A DNA stretch of 63,259 bases, the filler included, from Licmophora abbreviata (lineage: Eukaryota), in assembly GCA_900291995.1 (NCBI GenBank). It is 43 parts of 43 records of this genome, joined end to end, with 100 filler letters (N's around TTAATTAATTAA, not from the genome) between each part and the next. Parts side by side here need not be neighbours in the genome. Positions count along the whole stretch, not along the records: positions 60,519 to 61,839 come from OLMU01006616.1; positions 61,940 to 63,259 come from OLMU01006617.1; 41 more parts are not named here. One strand, given 5' to 3'. The translations under genes were made by a program, and so were the position numbers. Positions 60,419 through 63,259 of the stretch are shown here, piece after piece. The number at the start of each line of letters is the position of its first letter. Positions within the stretch are counted from its first letter, which is position 1. The notes under the pieces were generated by a model, which did no database searches, was not told where the DNA came from, and worked only from the letters and a program-made list of their open reading frames with translations.

Positions 60419-60518
60419 NNNNNNNNNNNNNNNNNNNNNNNNNNNNNNNNNNNNNNNNNNNNTTAATTAATTAANNNNNNNNNNNNNNNNNNNNNNNNNN
60501 NNNNNNNNNNNNNNNNNN

Positions 60519-61839
60519 CAACCGCCAGTAGGTGTTCGGGGCCGACAAAGGACAGCTGGGTGGTGGCTTGACGATGACTACCTCATTGGTTGGTAACGGG
60601 GGATGGCAAAACGCGTTCTTGCAATCACCTTGTTTCAACGTTGTCCGGTGTTGAATCGCCAAAGCCGTGAGCACACGGACTTCGGTCTGAGAAATCACAG
60701 GTGCATGGCAATCGGACTTAGTCCACGGGGTTGTCTCGTGGTTGCCAAGAACAACTATCCGAGACTTAGCACGCAGGGGGTTGCCATCAGCATCCGTCTT
60801 GACCGAAAGTATACCCATCGATGGTAGAGCTTTGTGGCCGGTGCGTTGATGAATTGCCTTGTATTCACTCTCGGAGATGATGTCGAAGGTGTCTTGAGCA
60901 ACGAGACCGTCATAATCCTCTTTGTACGATTCGAGCCAGATCGAGCGATCAGGATGAACATGAGCAAAGCTTTGTTGAGAGTACGAGGACAAGGTGCCGA
61001 AAGAGTCTTGGCGGAAACATGGAAAGCACTTGCTCGAAAAAAATTCTTCTGTGTCGGCCAACCGGGGACTAGGGAAGCCGTATCAACGTATCGTTGATAT
61101 TGAGTCTGCAACTCCGGCAAAGGCTCCCCCCATTTTTCATTACCATTGCGGCAACGAACCACAAATCGCCAAACCCCATGCTGGGTCTGATCTAGGAAAC
61201 CCTTGTGATATTGGCCATCCTTCAGTAGAAGCACTTTGCGATCCTGTGCGATCCACTGAGGAAGCGCCAACGGAAGATCCATCGATGGATTGGGAGGCAG
61301 AATGGTTTCCATCGCCGAGAGAGGGAGTCGGATCACCTCATCGTTGTCCAAACGAATAGCATATGTGATCAGCTCAGTGTTCGCAGGGGATGGGGTTGTC
61401 CATGTCAGGAAGTGGCGTGGAGATGACAGTACCGGTGACCCCATCCATGATGACCGGAGTACCTTCCGGATAAGGTTCCACACCTGAAGCAGCCGGACTC
61501 GAGTCATATAGACCGACGAAGATACCACCGTCGTACTTGAGGTTGAAAGCTGTGGGAGTGGAGCGTCCCTCATCCAGCGTGTAGTCCGCGGACACATGAA
61601 ACGTCTTGGAATGTGGACAGTAGAAGATCATGCCATTGCATTTACGATCGCGTCCAATGGCCACACCTTGTTTTGTCTGAGCCTCGGCGATACCATCGCG
61701 GAAACGTTGGCCATCACGGTAAACCTTGAAGTAGCCCGTCGAAAATAAACGAAACAGTATCCGGTAATCCGGTTTTTCGCCATACACTTGTTCGTATGAT
61801 GTCGTCATGACACCATTCACACGGCACGGGATGATATTG
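60519..61839 (-). mobile_element. Ty1/copia integrase C-terminus, spacer and RT start, with two frameshifts (near 61385 and 60965)
   Basis: YGEKPDYR..FSTGYF, IGRD..NG.IFY, RAKSRIVVLGN, QGDCKNAFC. Confidence 0.88.
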
Positions 61840-61939
61840 NNNNNNNNNNNNNNNNNNNNNNNNNNNNNNNNNNNNNNNNNNNNTTAATTAATTAANNNNN
61901 NNNNNNNNNNNNNNNNNNNNNNNNNNNNNNNNNNNNNNN

Positions 61940-63259
61940 ATGGATGGCGGACACGACAGTTGGATTATGTTTTAGCATTCACCCAAGCACCGGTGGAGAG
62001 AGACCTCTACATGAAGATTCCAAAGGGATTCGAGGTCGACGGCGCCAACGGCGACGACTATGTATTCAAGGTAATACGAAACACATACGGCCAAAAACAA
62101 GGTGGCAGGGTATGGAACAAATACTTGGTAAAGAAGCTGAAGAAAATTGGCTTTGTGCAGTCGAAGATTGACGAATGTATCTTCTACAAGGGAAGAATGA
62201 TTTACGTTCTGTACACCGACGATTCAATTATCGCGGGACCCGACGAAGTCGAGATCGACAAGACGATCGCTCAAATGAGAAAGGAGCTCGACCTCACGGT
62301 CGAAGGTGACTTGAACGACTTTCTAGGGGTCAATATCGACAGAAAAGACAACGGCGAGATTCACATGACTCAGCCGCACCTCATCGACCAGATTCTCGAT
62401 GACCTACGTCTCGATCAAAAGATCAGCAAAGAGAAGGACGTGCCGATGAAATCATCGGTGATACTATCCAAGCACGAGGATTCTCCAGAGTTTGATCAGA
62501 GTTTCAACTACCGAAGTGTGATTGGAAAGATGAACTACCTGGAAAAGGCCACCAGAGGCGACCTCGCTTATTCGGTTCATCAATGTGCCAGATTCTCATC
62601 GAACCCTCGTAAGGAACACGGTGACGCAGTACGGTGGATCGGACGATACCTACTTGGGACTGCATCCAAAGGCGTCATCTACAAGCCCGACTTGACCAGA
62701 TCATTCGAGGTGTTTGTGGACGCGGATTTCTGTGGAAACTTCGACAGGAAAATCAGCGACGACCCCGACTCGACAAGATCGAGACACGGATACGTGATCA
62801 CGTATGCAGGATGCCCCATCGTATGGAAGTCACAGTTGCAAACGGAGCATGCTCTATCAACTACGGAGGCTGAGTACACAGGACTCAGCTATGCCCTTCG
62901 CGAAGCCATTCCTTTAATGGAAATTCTCAAAGAGATGTCCCAGCAAGGCTTCGACGTTCTCGACTATCGACCAAAGGTACACTGCAAAGTGTTCGAGGAC
63001 AACTCGGGTGCACTTGAGATCGCAAAGATTCACAAGTGGAGACCCAGAACAAAACATCTAGCGGTGAAACTTCACCACTTTCGGAGCTACGTTACCAGAG
63101 GCGAAGTATCCATTCACAAGATCGACACGCTCGATCAGCCGGCAGACATCTTCACCAAGCCATTGAACTATGAGCTACTAGTCACCCATCGGAAAGCAAT
63201 TCTCGGGTGGTGAGCTGCCATCACATCCACTTACATCGTAGGGCAAGAGGGAGTGCGAA
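61940..63259 (+). mobile_element. Ty1/copia RT + RNase H to stop (63213), PPT (63240-63253) and LTR start TG (63254)
   Basis: YGQKQGGRVW, YTDD, VDADFCG, LSTTEAEY, EDNSGA, ADIFTKPL; agggcaagagggag|TG. Confidence 0.94.

Overview
This is not a contiguous locus. It is a pseudo-scaffold of 43 small contigs (about 1.44 kb falling to 1.32 kb, nearly size-sorted) joined by 42 identical 100-nt linkers (44 N + TTAATTAATTAA + 44 N, stops in all six frames), so adjacency across linkers carries no biological meaning. Most contigs are nuclear DNA of a eukaryote, very probably a diatom: short GT-AG introns, diatom-type Ty1/copia pieces, and a red-lineage plastid fragment rbcR(ycf30)-trnL(UAG)-rpl32. Five GC-rich contigs come from an alphaproteobacterium (Rhodobacteraceae-like). 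Several 1-nt frameshifts fall in homopolymers and look like sequencing errors. The most interesting signal is a set of tyrosine-recombinase (DIRS/Ngaro-order) retroelement pieces. Lineage A can be reconstructed from four contigs (two homologous ORF1/gag-like proteins with a CCCH finger, an RT, and an RNase H overlapping a recombinase ORF). Lineage B has a recombinase with a Cys-rich N-terminus. Features not shown by the ORF track include a disrupted PL7 alginate-lyase-like gene with a transposon-footprint-like insertion, a possible RdRP remnant, several TIR/hairpin elements and a tandem bacterial operator. All family assignments come from motif recognition, not database searches.
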